DNA of 64,000 bases from a virus. The stretch covers positions 361 to 64,360 of the IMG/VR virus record IMGVR_UViG_3300001598_000005. The stretch is one strand, 5' to 3'. The notes under the pieces are model-generated. The model was not told where the DNA came from. It saw only the letters and a list, made by a program, of their open reading frames with translations, and made no database searches. The position numbers were made by a program, and so were the translations under genes. Of this stretch, positions 1 through 10,100 are shown piece by piece; the first letter of the stretch is position 1, and each line of letters begins with the position of its first letter.

Positions 1-2
1 TT

Positions 3-1331
3 GCTGTAGGAACGTATCAGGCAGATAATGGTGGAGACTATTCTGAATTCTGGGGAAAGATACAGTCAGGATTCATGCAGCAAGCCATCGGATTCAGGTG
101 GTATACAGCATTGAAGCAGACACTTTCTTATCCTGCATTCTGGGCATACTCTTCTGATCTCGGGTTCCAGGCAAGGGTACATGGGTATTTCTTTACACCG
201 TGGATCAACTATAAGTGGGCAATGGACAACCTTCCATCTTTCCGACAGCGCGTTGCTAAAGGAGATATGGGCGTTGAGGGGTTGAACGAAAAGACATTCC
301 TCGACGCAATAACAGGAAAGATTAGTAAGTGGGGTATGTCTGCCAACAAGCTTGTCGATGCGCTGACTGTAGCTGCCGGTTCCAGAGCTGTCTTTGAGTC
401 TGACTTTGCCAAGTACAAGAAGATGGGAAAGAGTGAGGCTGAGGCAAGGCGTCTTGCAATAATCAATGCAGAGATCTGCTTCAATGAGTCACAGCAATCA
501 TCTCGACCAGAGTTCTCTGCTCCAATACAAAAGAACAGAGATCTTCTTTCTCGATGCTTTAATGCATTCCAGAATTCAAATATATCTTATCGTAGGGCCA
601 TTATTGAAGGATGGATGGACGTGAGCCGTGCCGGTGACATGTATAAGCGTGGAAAGATCGGAAAGAAGGAGTTTTCAAATACCGTTTGGAGGGGTGTACG
701 AAAGATTGTTACATTCGCTGTAATACTTCCTGGTTTATGGCAGTTCGGAATCGATCCATCAATTATCTTTGGTCAAGGTGGTGATGACGATGACGAATGG
801 TTAGAGAAGAAGATAAACTGGTGGATAGATATGGCTACTGCTATCATAGAAGGAATGTTTACCAATGGAATTAATGGAGGTACGTTTATTAATTCTTTGA
901 TAGACTATACTAAATCGAAGGTAGTTAAGAAAGATTCATTTGTCCAGGAGTATGATCCTTTACAGGGATTCAAGATAATGACTGACGCAGTAAAGGATAT
1001 ATCTAAGGATGTCAACAACGAAGACTATTTCAAGATTGCCAAGGACGTCGGATTGCGTACATTGCAGGCTAATGGCGTTAATATCGAAACATTCAATAAC
1101 ATCGGCCTTGGTGTATGGGATGTCATTGACAATGGAGACTTAGAGCTGCTTGACTTCATGCTTGTGCTGAATATGGCCAAGTCAAAGCGTATCGAATGGG
1201 TAAACCGTCACTACAGCGACATGAGCTATGATGAGATCGGTGATCGCATGTCGAGGGCAATGGGCAACTGGCCAAAGTACGATGACATGGATTATGATGA
1301 ACAAGAAAAAGTCGATAATCGAATGAAATAA
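3..1331 (+). CDS. C-terminal part of a large internal virion protein, 5'-truncated; probably the end of the giant gene starting at 50503
   Basis: Frame is open from position 3 through the 75..1331 ORF. Helical content and AIGFRxxTALKQ resemble C-termini of phage giant ejection proteins, and the 50503 frame runs off the other edge. Confidence 0.7.
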   Translation, partial: AVGTYQADNGGDYSEFWGKIQSGFMQQAIGFRWYTALKQTLSYPAFWAYSSDLGFQARVHGYFFTPWINYKWAMDNLPSFRQRVAKGDMGVEGLNEKTFLDAITGKISKWGMSANKLVDALTVAAGSRAVFESDFAKYKKMGKSEAEARRLAIINAEICFNESQQSSRPEFSAPIQKNRDLLSRCFNAFQNSNISYRRAIIEGWMDVSRAGDMYKRGKIGKKEFSNTVWRGVRKIVTFAVILPGLWQFGIDPSIIFGQGGDDDDEWLEKKINWWIDMATAIIEGMFTNGINGGTFINSLIDYTKSKVVKKDSFVQEYDPLQGFKIMTDAVKDISKDVNNEDYFKIAKDVGLRTLQANGVNIETFNNIGLGVWDVIDNGDLELLDFMLVLNMAKSKRIEWVNRHYSDMSYDEIGDRMSRAMGNWPKYDDMDYDEQEKVDNRMK

Positions 1332-1355
1332 TATCTGTTGAAAATCTACTGTTAG

Positions 1356-1392
1356 GAGAGGCGTTGCTGAGAAGCACCGTCTCTTTTATTTT
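1356..1392 (+). terminator. Intrinsic terminator
   Basis: Imperfect stem (GAGAGGCGTTGCT / AGCACCGTCTC) with GAGA loop followed by TTTTATTTTT. Confidence 0.65.
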
Positions 1393-1395
1393 TAT

Positions 1396-1439
1396 GTGAA
1401 CAAATAAGGCAGTGAAGATTAGGCCAAATGTTACATTTG
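1396..1439 (+). promoter_or_regulatory. Putative late promoter GTGAACAAATAA-N24-TACATTTG
   Basis: One of six copies of the same 12-mer exactly 24 nt upstream of a Bacteroidetes -7 box (TAnnTTTG). Confidence 0.75.
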
Positions 1440-1456
1440 CAGCAAATTTACGAACA

Positions 1457-2239
1457 ATGACTATCGACTACGAAGATATTAAGAAACAGGTCAGGATCAT
1501 CCTTGATGAAAACGAGGATGTCAGTCCATTGTTGTCTGCTACTGACGGAATCGAAGACTATGACGCATTGCAGACCGACAAGATCACAGAGTCTATGATA
1601 CTTCAGGCCGTTGACAGGGTGCATCGCATTGCACCCATAGACATGATCATGGATGCGGCAGAAATTGCACATGTAGACTGGACGTTATATAATCTCGTGC
1701 AGCGTTGCAAGCTACCTGATGATTATCTTAGGCTGGTATCTGTCAGGCTGATGAATTGGGACGTGACGGTCAATGAGTTCTGCGAAGATGGATCTGCTGA
1801 ATATCTGACTATGTTCGGAAGGTTCGCTGCTATCAGACCGACTGCGTTGAGGCCAAAGGTAGGACTGTCATTCATCGCAAACAGCGTGTATATAGTAGCG
1901 GCACCAGTGCGTACTGAGAAGCTAAAGGTAAGCATGAATGACTCATGGAAGGATGATCTGATAGAGAAAGGACTGCTTACAGATACAGACAACAGGTGGC
2001 CATCAGCTGAAAAGCCAGCGATTCCGGAGAATCAACTCGACATGGGTGTTGTGTGGTATATAAAAAAGGCTGAGGAAGGTGGTAAGATTGCCAGGCTATG
2101 TGAGCAGGCAGTTCTTTATATGATCGCCAACTTGTACTACACTACGATCAATGAGAGCCAGAGAGCAATAATGATGGCCCAGGAGGTTGCAGATCTGCTT
2201 GGATTAAAGGTTAACAACAATAATATCGATCAAGCATGA
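1457..2239 (+). CDS. Putative head-tail adaptor / virion structural protein
   Basis: ATG 1457 lies just after the promoter; LPDDYLRLVSV..MNW motif; first gene of a structural operon. Confidence 0.5.
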   Translation: MTIDYEDIKKQVRIILDENEDVSPLLSATDGIEDYDALQTDKITESMILQAVDRVHRIAPIDMIMDAAEIAHVDWTLYNLVQRCKLPDDYLRLVSVRLMNWDVTVNEFCEDGSAEYLTMFGRFAAIRPTALRPKVGLSFIANSVYIVAAPVRTEKLKVSMNDSWKDDLIEKGLLTDTDNRWPSAEKPAIPENQLDMGVVWYIKKAEEGGKIARLCEQAVLYMIANLYYTTINESQRAIMMAQEVADLLGLKVNNNNIDQA

Positions 2240-2877
2240 TTTACAGGATATACGACGAAGATGGCACATTCATAACTGAGGGTGTAGGTGGAGCATCATG
2301 CTGCATTCGACCGTTTGTGCCAAAGATGAGGCATTTCAGGCTTTGTCTGATATGGGATCTCAATCAGCTTTCCGGTGATATTGACAAGATGCTTGCAGCG
2401 TCATCAGAGACTGACAAGCTCAGGGTACAGTCAGAAGGTATTTCCGAAGGTGAGGTAAAAGAGGCGAGGATGAAGATACTTGAGATGTGGGCCTCTCTGG
2501 CTACGGATCCAGAGCTGAAATCACATATGCTTAACTATCTCTATAACTCGTTTACAGAATGTGAAGAGTCTCTTTATAGCTTGCATAGGTATGGCAGCTA
2601 TGGAGATCTGAGTGCTGACAACACAATACACGACAAGCATGAGATGCTCATGGAGCTTCGGATACCATCTCATATGAGCCGAAATATCACATGGACGTTG
2701 ATTCGCGCTGTGGATGAATATATCAAGTGCAGGACGATCGCACTGTGGAGCATGGACGTACTTCCTGAGAAGGCAGATTTGTTTACATCACGATGTACGT
2801 TAGAGATGGAAAAGCTTGCAACTGTAGTAAAGCACAGGAATGTAGGCAGGTGTGAAAGGAATATCAATATCTTATGA
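2236..2877 (+). CDS. Hypothetical, probably structural, protein
   Basis: 213 aa ORF with ATGA coupling on both sides. Confidence 0.6.
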   Translation: MIYRIYDEDGTFITEGVGGASCCIRPFVPKMRHFRLCLIWDLNQLSGDIDKMLAASSETDKLRVQSEGISEGEVKEARMKILEMWASLATDPELKSHMLNYLYNSFTECEESLYSLHRYGSYGDLSADNTIHDKHEMLMELRIPSHMSRNITWTLIRAVDEYIKCRTIALWSMDVLPEKADLFTSRCTLEMEKLATVVKHRNVGRCERNINIL

Positions 2878-3344
2878 TCATGGAAGAATATAAGCCAAGA
2901 TATTTTACGATCAGGGAACTAACAATAAGCGCAACGGCAAGGAACTATGGCATAAATAACGATCCGAATGAAGCTGTGCTCGATAACCTGCTGAAGCTAT
3001 GCAAATATGTACTTGATCCCATCCGTGAGATGTGGGGAGGTCCGGTTTATGTTTCGAGTGGTTATAGGTCTCCAGAACTTAATGCGAAGCTCGGCACTCT
3101 CGGTCACTATGTAGCAAAGAATTCAAGCCATATGCGCGGACTCGCTGCCGATATTAAGGTGGGTAACTCAGATGACAACAGGAAGTTGTTCTATGCAATA
3201 GTCAACAGCGGAATACCTTTCGAGAAACTCATTGACGAAGAGGATTGCAGGTGGCTTCATATCTCGTTCAATCCGAACGATCAGAAACCTAAACAGATTG
3301 TCTATATCGGAAAGAAAGGAAAATACACAGTCTATAAGAAATGA
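2874..3344 (+). CDS. Endolysin, peptidase M15A (Zn D-Ala-D-Ala carboxypeptidase-like)
   Basis: SSGYRS, SSHMRGLAADI and WLHISF motifs. Confidence 0.88.
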   Translation: MIMEEYKPRYFTIRELTISATARNYGINNDPNEAVLDNLLKLCKYVLDPIREMWGGPVYVSSGYRSPELNAKLGTLGHYVAKNSSHMRGLAADIKVGNSDDNRKLFYAIVNSGIPFEKLIDEEDCRWLHISFNPNDQKPKQIVYIGKKGKYTVYKK

Positions 3345-3625
3345 AGAGATATCTTATCAATGAGCTTAAGAGACTGCTCGATGACCTGGAGAATGATCGA
3401 GTTGAGTGTGATCCTGAGAGAATAAGCCTTGGGTTGTCAATGATCTCTCATCGTCCTGTATCATCATATGAAGCATATACAAACATACTTCATATCTCAA
3501 GAAGCTCATTCTATGAGTATATCGATCAAAAAAAGCTTCCTGCCGGTAGAAAACGTCAAGGATTCAAGGAACTGATCTGGTATGAAGATGAGCTTATTGC
3601 TGCAAAGAAGAAACTTAAACAATAA
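3341..3625 (+). CDS. Small HTH DNA-binding protein (AlpA/excisionase-like)
   Basis: ILHISRSSFYEYIDQKKLPAGRKRQGFKELIW. Confidence 0.65.
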   Translation: MKRYLINELKRLLDDLENDRVECDPERISLGLSMISHRPVSSYEAYTNILHISRSSFYEYIDQKKLPAGRKRQGFKELIWYEDELIAAKKKLKQ

Positions 3626-3636
3626 TAACAATATAA

Positions 3637-5385
3637 ATGGAAACAGTAACAAGAACTATTGGCGGTCTTGGTGGCAAACTTGGCAGGGTGGCAATCGAAC
3701 TGCCTGCCAACGTGAAGGCGTTGCTGAGAAATGGCACACTGACCGTATATGACCTGTTGGAGCTTGCCATAAATACCATCAGTGTATTGGTAAGCAAGAA
3801 CGACAAAAACGTGGATGCACTGGAGGAGTGGACAGCGAACCTTGCAGAGTGGAGCGAGGAGCTGAAGAATGCAGTGACAGAAATGCTATACAATGCGCTC
3901 CTCGATGCTGATTTTACTATCAAGAATGGCACGATAGGGTTTGATAAACTATCTGAATCTGTAAAGGAGTTCTTGATTAAGGATATTAGTCTTGAGAACG
4001 AGAATGGCACATGGTACTTGGTGTTTACTACACTTGGAGATGATGGCTTCGTAGAACTGCTTGAGAAGAAGGTAAGTCTTGATGAACTTGTGGAATACCT
4101 GAAGACAAAGAAAGGCAATGCCATTGAAAAGTTGGAGGTGGATGATAAGGGTACGATTAAGATTTATATCATAGACGAAGAGAATCCTATCAAAGCTACT
4201 ATTCCATACGCAAAGGACGTGATTGGTACAAGTATGGATTTTGTGTTGGGTGGACTTATGACAACAGGTCAGAGCAAGAAGGTGGATGGTCTTGGAGCAG
4301 GACGTGGACTGACGATGAGCAGCGACTACAAGCTGAACATCAACGTGGATGATAATGGTGTATTGACTATCGGTGACAAACGATATCAACTTGAGGAGAT
4401 TGAGGACAATCTTACCTACGAATATTCATACCCAATCATCACAGCATTCAGCTACCCATCGATGCCAAGCGAAGGTGGAACGATTAAGCCGGACGTTCTT
4501 TCGTTTACACAGACAAAGAACACATACAGGAATGGAGAGAAGGTAGATTCAGAGACTATCTATGGTTCACTCAGCGACATGAAGGGTGCTACCGTAGGCT
4601 ATGTGGCTCAGTTTGCTGGTACTGGAGTAAAGGTTGGAATTGACGGAAAGGTGACATGTGAAGGTTCACTCCTATCTTATGACAACGACATTGCTGAGGT
4701 TGTTCCAAGGCTGACGATGAACGACAAGCAGGCAATGAACGGAAACGAAAAAAAGGTAACTATCACCCAAAGCGGAGCTACTGCCACTTTGGAATCAAAC
4801 ACATTGTCTGTTAAGAGTTCAGCGTCATCTACCACTATATCACTTAGCAAGAAGACGAACAGCAAGATTAATATTACCAGTGTTGAGATAAGCGGTTCGG
4901 GTGCAAACTACAGCCTATCGAGTGATAAGAGGTCTGTTGTTGTTATTGTACTTGCAAATACTACAACTTCGAAGAAGACATACGGAGTAACTCTTACTAC
5001 GAACATCAAGAATTCGGATGGCAGCTATGTGAAGCTGAATGCTACAATCACTCAGGCAGAAGGTGGAGAAACACCAGTACCATCATATAACATCTACTAT
5101 GGAAAGTCACTTGCATTGCCTGTAGATGTAACCATCGGAGATAAGTTGTCGACCAGCGACTCGTCGTTTGAGGTAAGTGTAGAGTCTGCGTTTGCAGACA
5201 AGGTTAAGTGCCACTGGATAGCAATCAGCAATACAAGTGGTTATACTGTAGAAAAGGCAACAGACCAAGATGGAGACGAGGTAACATTGACTACATATAC
5301 ATCAATAGACGGATATAAGCTATACTGTAGGGAGTCTGCTGGAGCATATTATAACTCAAAGACAATATTCAAAATTAAAAAATAA
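3637..5385 (+). CDS. Virion/tail-associated protein with Ig-like (BACON-like) domains
   Basis: Ser/Thr-rich beta-type C-terminal half; VTITQSG and ANTTTSKKT..ATITQAE motifs. Confidence 0.55.
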   Translation: METVTRTIGGLGGKLGRVAIELPANVKALLRNGTLTVYDLLELAINTISVLVSKNDKNVDALEEWTANLAEWSEELKNAVTEMLYNALLDADFTIKNGTIGFDKLSESVKEFLIKDISLENENGTWYLVFTTLGDDGFVELLEKKVSLDELVEYLKTKKGNAIEKLEVDDKGTIKIYIIDEENPIKATIPYAKDVIGTSMDFVLGGLMTTGQSKKVDGLGAGRGLTMSSDYKLNINVDDNGVLTIGDKRYQLEEIEDNLTYEYSYPIITAFSYPSMPSEGGTIKPDVLSFTQTKNTYRNGEKVDSETIYGSLSDMKGATVGYVAQFAGTGVKVGIDGKVTCEGSLLSYDNDIAEVVPRLTMNDKQAMNGNEKKVTITQSGATATLESNTLSVKSSASSTTISLSKKTNSKINITSVEISGSGANYSLSSDKRSVVVIVLANTTTSKKTYGVTLTTNIKNSDGSYVKLNATITQAEGGETPVPSYNIYYGKSLALPVDVTIGDKLSTSDSSFEVSVESAFADKVKCHWIAISNTSGYTVEKATDQDGDEVTLTTYTSIDGYKLYCRESAGAYYNSKTIFKIKK

Positions 5386-5391
5386 ACTAAG

Positions 5392-5916
5392 ATGAAAGAA
5401 CCAAAAGTAAAAGATCAGGGACTTTATAATAACGACGGACCGAATATTGATGGCAACTTCGGACCTTGGGCTTCGACTTCTGCTTACGAATCATGGCTGA
5501 ATGATACGGCAGGCGTAAGCACTCCAAAGGTTGGAACAATCATTGGCGTAGATGCGAATGGATATGTAACTCGCTACATCTATACCAAGACTGGAACAAG
5601 CACGTTTGAATGGCGCAACATGAATTATGTTACTGAGCTTTCAGTTGACAGCAACACTTCAAATGTTTTGCTCTATGCAGACAAGGCGGCTTCTGTTGGT
5701 CTTCACAATTTCAATAATGCCATTCAGCTTCCTGCTGCCACCGCTACCAAAGCAGGCGTTATGACTGCTGCTGACAAGTCAAAGCTCGACTCTCTTAGCA
5801 ACAACAACAGCGGAACACAGGTAACTGGTACTGTTTCGATTTCTCTTGCGTCGTTCAACGAAAAGAAGGCGGCAGGCACACTTGATGCTAATACAATCTA
5901 TTTCGTATCATTATAA
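5392..5916 (+). CDS. Tail fibre-related protein
   Basis: IQLPAATATKAGVMTAADKSKLD fibre motif; C-terminal GTLDANTIYF. Confidence 0.6.
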   Translation: MKEPKVKDQGLYNNDGPNIDGNFGPWASTSAYESWLNDTAGVSTPKVGTIIGVDANGYVTRYIYTKTGTSTFEWRNMNYVTELSVDSNTSNVLLYADKAASVGLHNFNNAIQLPAATATKAGVMTAADKSKLDSLSNNNSGTQVTGTVSISLASFNEKKAAGTLDANTIYFVSL

Positions 5917-5928
5917 ACTTTACGAGAC

Positions 5929-8900
5929 ATGATATTTCTGAAATACAGGACATCTGACAGTAGGTATGTTCCCCTTGTTCCTTTCAAGGGGGGCAAACCT
6001 ATTTTGAAAGTAACGGAAGGTTCTCATGGAGTATTCGGATATACCAACGTAGAGAACCAGTTAGTAAGGGATTTTATCCATGACAAGACCTATCCAGAAG
6101 GAAACGGAATAGATGCAGAAGAGTCGCATGTAAATGATTATATGAATATAAAATACAGCGACAAATCTGCTTATAATAAATTTACCTATCCTGTATGGAC
6201 AGAGTGGGGAAATCCATACATGCTTGAGACAAATGGAGGAAAGTATGTAAAGTTCAACATCAAAGGAAAGACGGAAACGGTACGATTCGACTTCAAGAAT
6301 GTATCGGTAGGAAGCAACGGATTTGAACCTATCTATAATCTCATTCCTCAGCAGGAGTATGAATATACCATTTACAACAATTCAAATACTGCTGTATATT
6401 CTGGAACTATAAAAACCACTGGTCAGTGCCGAATGATAAAGACCAACAGGGTAAGCAATATCCGAGACATTGGAGGTTGGACATGTGACAACGGAAAGCG
6501 CATGTCGTATGGAAAGATATACAGGAGTGCATGGATAGAGAACATACACGAAGCGTTAAAAGGCACAAACGCTACAGATAAATCACAGGCACAGGAAGAT
6601 GTTGCTACAATGCACGATGTGCTGAAGATTGGAGCTGAGATATACTTCTTTGGAGGATATCAAAATTCTGACGAAACAAAGAAGATCAACCAGACAACCA
6701 CAACGTCAATCATTGGTTCTGATGTTCATTATTATGGACCATATTGGGAAACAGGCAAGACAACGGTTAGTTATTCTGGAAAAGAGTGGGATTCTGCATT
6801 GGCAAGCATTGGAGCTGACAGTTCATTTAATCTGGGTGCTTTTGATTCTTTCTTTGATAAGACTGGAAGCAGTTGGATTGCTCCAAGAGTTGAGAGGGTG
6901 CTTGAGGTGATAATGTACGAACTAAGTCAAGGACGAAATGTGTACTACCATTGTCAAGGTGGAATGGATAGGACCGCAGCGATTACATTCGTACTCATGG
7001 CTCTTTGCGGATGCAGTGAAGATGCGCTTATCAAAGAATGGGAACTTACATCATTTGCTTCATCTCAACGTAAAACTATAACAAACACTACTGATAAACG
7101 AAACATTAAGTACGCTTTCAAGACACTGAAAGATACATGGGGTGCTGATGGGAAGAATGATACAATTAAGAGTCAAGTGACAAGCTGGCTTAGAGCAAAG
7201 GTTTGGAAATCTTCTAATTATACAGCAGCTCAGTTTGAAGATAAGCTGAATAAGCTGATAGGACTTATTACAGAAGATGACGTAAGAGTTGAGCCTGATG
7301 AACCAAAAGAGAAGGAGCTGTATGAGGTAGAGATTGTAGACAATGGAAAGGATGCGTCGAACATCTACTCATATACCGTAAATTCAAAGTATACAGATGG
7401 TTCGATTGTAACGACAACAGAAGAGATAACTGAAATCAACAAAGGGTATCATGACGAGGATGGAGTGTTCCAAGAATCGACTACAGTATACTCGACAAAC
7501 ATGATTCCTTGCTATGGATTCAAGAGTCTGATATGCGACAAGAACACCACAGCATCACAGCTTATAGCTTCGTTCTTTGACGAGGAGGGCATTGAGTTTA
7601 TCAGCACTGCAACAAGCACAGGAACAGAGAACTTCACAGTCGCAGTACCAGAGAATGCGTACTATGTTAAGTATATCATTGACAAGGACAAGAACTATCG
7701 TGCTGTGCTGAGTGGATATGAAGCACCTGAGCCAGAACCTGACCCAGAGCCAGAACCTGACCCAGACGAACCACAGAAGGATGCGGTATTGGCAACAGTA
7801 ACAGACCTTGGAAAGCAGGACAACACCTACTGCTATGCTGTGGACGACCAAGTGGAGAGCAAGGCATATACAAAGCATGAATCTACGAACAGGACAATTA
7901 TCAACCGCGAGACTGGCGAGAACGAATCGCAAGACGCGACTGTATCGACAGATTACATCCAGGTAAGAAGCAGCGACGGAAAGCGTTATGCCACAAAGAT
8001 AATCACCAACGTGTCGAGCTATACTATGGCTGCATGCTACGATGCAAACAAGAACTATCTTGGATATATAGCAGGCAAATTCTCTCCGGCAGACACTACC
8101 GATGGATGGTGCGAGAAGGTGGAGAATCTTGGAGAGGAGTATACATTGTACAACGTGATTGACGGCACTGTGTATATGCGCTTTGTCTTCGTTAAGGGGC
8201 AGAATACTGAGTATACCATCATTGGTGATATTACTGATGTAGAAAAGCCAAGCAAGCCAACCATAACCATCGACGAAGAGAAGAAATCGATAACGATGAG
8301 TGTGTCTGGCGACCATGATATTTACTATGTGATATATACTGACGCAAGCGAATATCATCTGCCAACGACAAACGACTCGCACTATGCAGGAGGATTCTCG
8401 CTGACTAAGACATGTTATATTGCAGCAAGGTCATACAACAGCACCACCAAGGCATACAGCGACGAACAGAAAGTAACCTACACCTACAACGGAGGTGGAA
8501 GTGAAATCAAGTCGATTGGCGTAAAGGAGGGTGCAAGGTCTGGAAACACAGTTCAGTTCTCATGGTTCCAAGTGGGTGGAGTAACAGGCACTCCTTCATG
8601 GAAGGTAAGTGATACGACCAACTTCAGCATCTCGACGAGTGGACTGATGACTATCAAGCAGACTGCAAACAATAATGCTGTGACCGTCACATGTACTGTT
8701 GGAGGATATACTGGAACACTCAAGAAGAGCTATTCGTATGTAAGCAGTGGAAGCATAGAACTTGGCAAGGAGTATAAGAATGCTGAATCTCCGTTTGTTG
8801 TCGTAGAAAAATATCTCAGCTCAGCAACAGGAAGCGTAAATGGAGAAAAAGAACCAGATTTTGTATACATGAAGATTGACAAGGCTTCGTATACTCAAGG

Positions 8901-10095
8901 ACTTACGATGACTGTTACTGGAACCGCTACGAAGACGAGGTATTATTCATTGCTTAAATCATCGTTCTTAGATGCTGATGGAAACATAAGCATTAAGGTT
9001 TCGGCAGTTGCAGACGGATTGATGGCAGATGGCTTTACGTCAGATTATGATGGAAGATTCTCTCGTCATATCGGAAAGGCAGCAAGTGTGTATACAAACA
9101 ACAAGCTGACAGAGACCATCGACGTTCCGACAAGCACATCGAATGGAGATTGCATGTACCTGCTTGTATACAAGCCAAGTGACAGCACATCTGATGTCAC
9201 CATTGTATTCAACAAGAAGGAACAGGGCGGTTCGGACACACCATCAGAACCAACAGCAAAGACTCCTTTTGTTGTGGCAACGTGGAATATCAAGGGTGGA
9301 TCGAAGAAGAGCAGCTCGAATGTAAGTTCGCTGAAGAATGTAATTACTGAGGCTGGAAATCCTATGATTATAGGAGTGCAGGAATACAGAGACCTATATG
9401 AAGATAGCGGTGTAACATTGCGAGACGGAATCTTTGGTGGATATACCAATGCCAACATCGAGACTCCAAACAGCACAAGTTTTAAAGTCTTTGCAAATGC
9501 TCTGTTTATGAATAACGTATCGAATCAAGTAGATCAGGTTAAGTTCGGTGCAGGCTCAAAGAGTATTACTGCCGTATCAAGCATAGTAAACATTCAGGGT
9601 GTAGATGTTCTTGTGATTTCATATCACGCATATCTTGGAATTGGAGCATCTGGAACGCTGAGTGAAACGACTGCTAATTCTTGCAAAATCAGGCAGACGC
9701 ATTCAATCAATCTGAGAAAGTACATTGAGTCAAAGGGCTTTGGAGATGCAGATAAACCTGTCATCATCCTTGCTGATATGAATGCCACTGGAACATTCGT
9801 TGCTGACTCAACAGATACAACGAAACTTACAGGTACGCATTCGACAGACACGGTTCTTGACGGAGTTTATTACGGACAAGGATGGGGAGATGCAGGCTAT
9901 GAGATTGCAGCAGCTGTAGAGCCATGGAATACATCAGGATGGCGAAATACGTTGATGGACGAGACTGGATCAAATTCCTTCCCTATTGACAACATCATTG
10001 TCAAGGGCTTTACGATAAGCAATGTTGTATTTGCCGACAAGACCAAGAGTTATTCTGACCATAGGATGCTATTGGCTACATTAACATTTAAGTAA
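5929..10095 (+). CDS. 1388-aa multidomain protein: protein-tyrosine/dual-specificity phosphatase, Fn3/Ig-like repeats and a C-terminal EEP (exo/endonuclease/phosphatase) domain
   Basis: NIRDIGGW, IYRSA and HCQGGMDRT (CX5R); VATWNI, GVQEY, ILADMN, IDNIIV and SDH. Confidence 0.8.
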   Translation: MIFLKYRTSDSRYVPLVPFKGGKPILKVTEGSHGVFGYTNVENQLVRDFIHDKTYPEGNGIDAEESHVNDYMNIKYSDKSAYNKFTYPVWTEWGNPYMLETNGGKYVKFNIKGKTETVRFDFKNVSVGSNGFEPIYNLIPQQEYEYTIYNNSNTAVYSGTIKTTGQCRMIKTNRVSNIRDIGGWTCDNGKRMSYGKIYRSAWIENIHEALKGTNATDKSQAQEDVATMHDVLKIGAEIYFFGGYQNSDETKKINQTTTTSIIGSDVHYYGPYWETGKTTVSYSGKEWDSALASIGADSSFNLGAFDSFFDKTGSSWIAPRVERVLEVIMYELSQGRNVYYHCQGGMDRTAAITFVLMALCGCSEDALIKEWELTSFASSQRKTITNTTDKRNIKYAFKTLKDTWGADGKNDTIKSQVTSWLRAKVWKSSNYTAAQFEDKLNKLIGLITEDDVRVEPDEPKEKELYEVEIVDNGKDASNIYSYTVNSKYTDGSIVTTTEEITEINKGYHDEDGVFQESTTVYSTNMIPCYGFKSLICDKNTTASQLIASFFDEEGIEFISTATSTGTENFTVAVPENAYYVKYIIDKDKNYRAVLSGYEAPEPEPDPEPEPDPDEPQKDAVLATVTDLGKQDNTYCYAVDDQVESKAYTKHESTNRTIINRETGENESQDATVSTDYIQVRSSDGKRYATKIITNVSSYTMAACYDANKNYLGYIAGKFSPADTTDGWCEKVENLGEEYTLYNVIDGTVYMRFVFVKGQNTEYTIIGDITDVEKPSKPTITIDEEKKSITMSVSGDHDIYYVIYTDASEYHLPTTNDSHYAGGFSLTKTCYIAARSYNSTTKAYSDEQKVTYTYNGGGSEIKSIGVKEGARSGNTVQFSWFQVGGVTGTPSWKVSDTTNFSISTSGLMTIKQTANNNAVTVTCTVGGYTGTLKKSYSYVSSGSIELGKEYKNAESPFVVVEKYLSSATGSVNGEKEPDFVYMKIDKASYTQGLTMTVTGTATKTRYYSLLKSSFLDADGNISIKVSAVADGLMADGFTSDYDGRFSRHIGKAASVYTNNKLTETIDVPTSTSNGDCMYLLVYKPSDSTSDVTIVFNKKEQGGSDTPSEPTAKTPFVVATWNIKGGSKKSSSNVSSLKNVITEAGNPMIIGVQEYRDLYEDSGVTLRDGIFGGYTNANIETPNSTSFKVFANALFMNNVSNQVDQVKFGAGSKSITAVSSIVNIQGVDVLVISYHAYLGIGASGTLSETTANSCKIRQTHSINLRKYIESKGFGDADKPVIILADMNATGTFVADSTDTTKLTGTHSTDTVLDGVYYGQGWGDAGYEIAAAVEPWNTSGWRNTLMDETGSNSFPIDNIIVKGFTISNVVFADKTKSYSDHRMLLATLTFK
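7729..7764 (+). repeat. 18-nt tandem repeat encoding a PEPEPD linker
   Basis: GAGCCAGAACCTGACCCA x2. Confidence 0.85.
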
Positions 10096-10100
10096 AAAGT

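Noticed and set aside
5988-5993. G6 run near the start of the 1388-aa gene as a phase-variation site
   Set aside because: Short, in frame and isolated; insufficient evidence
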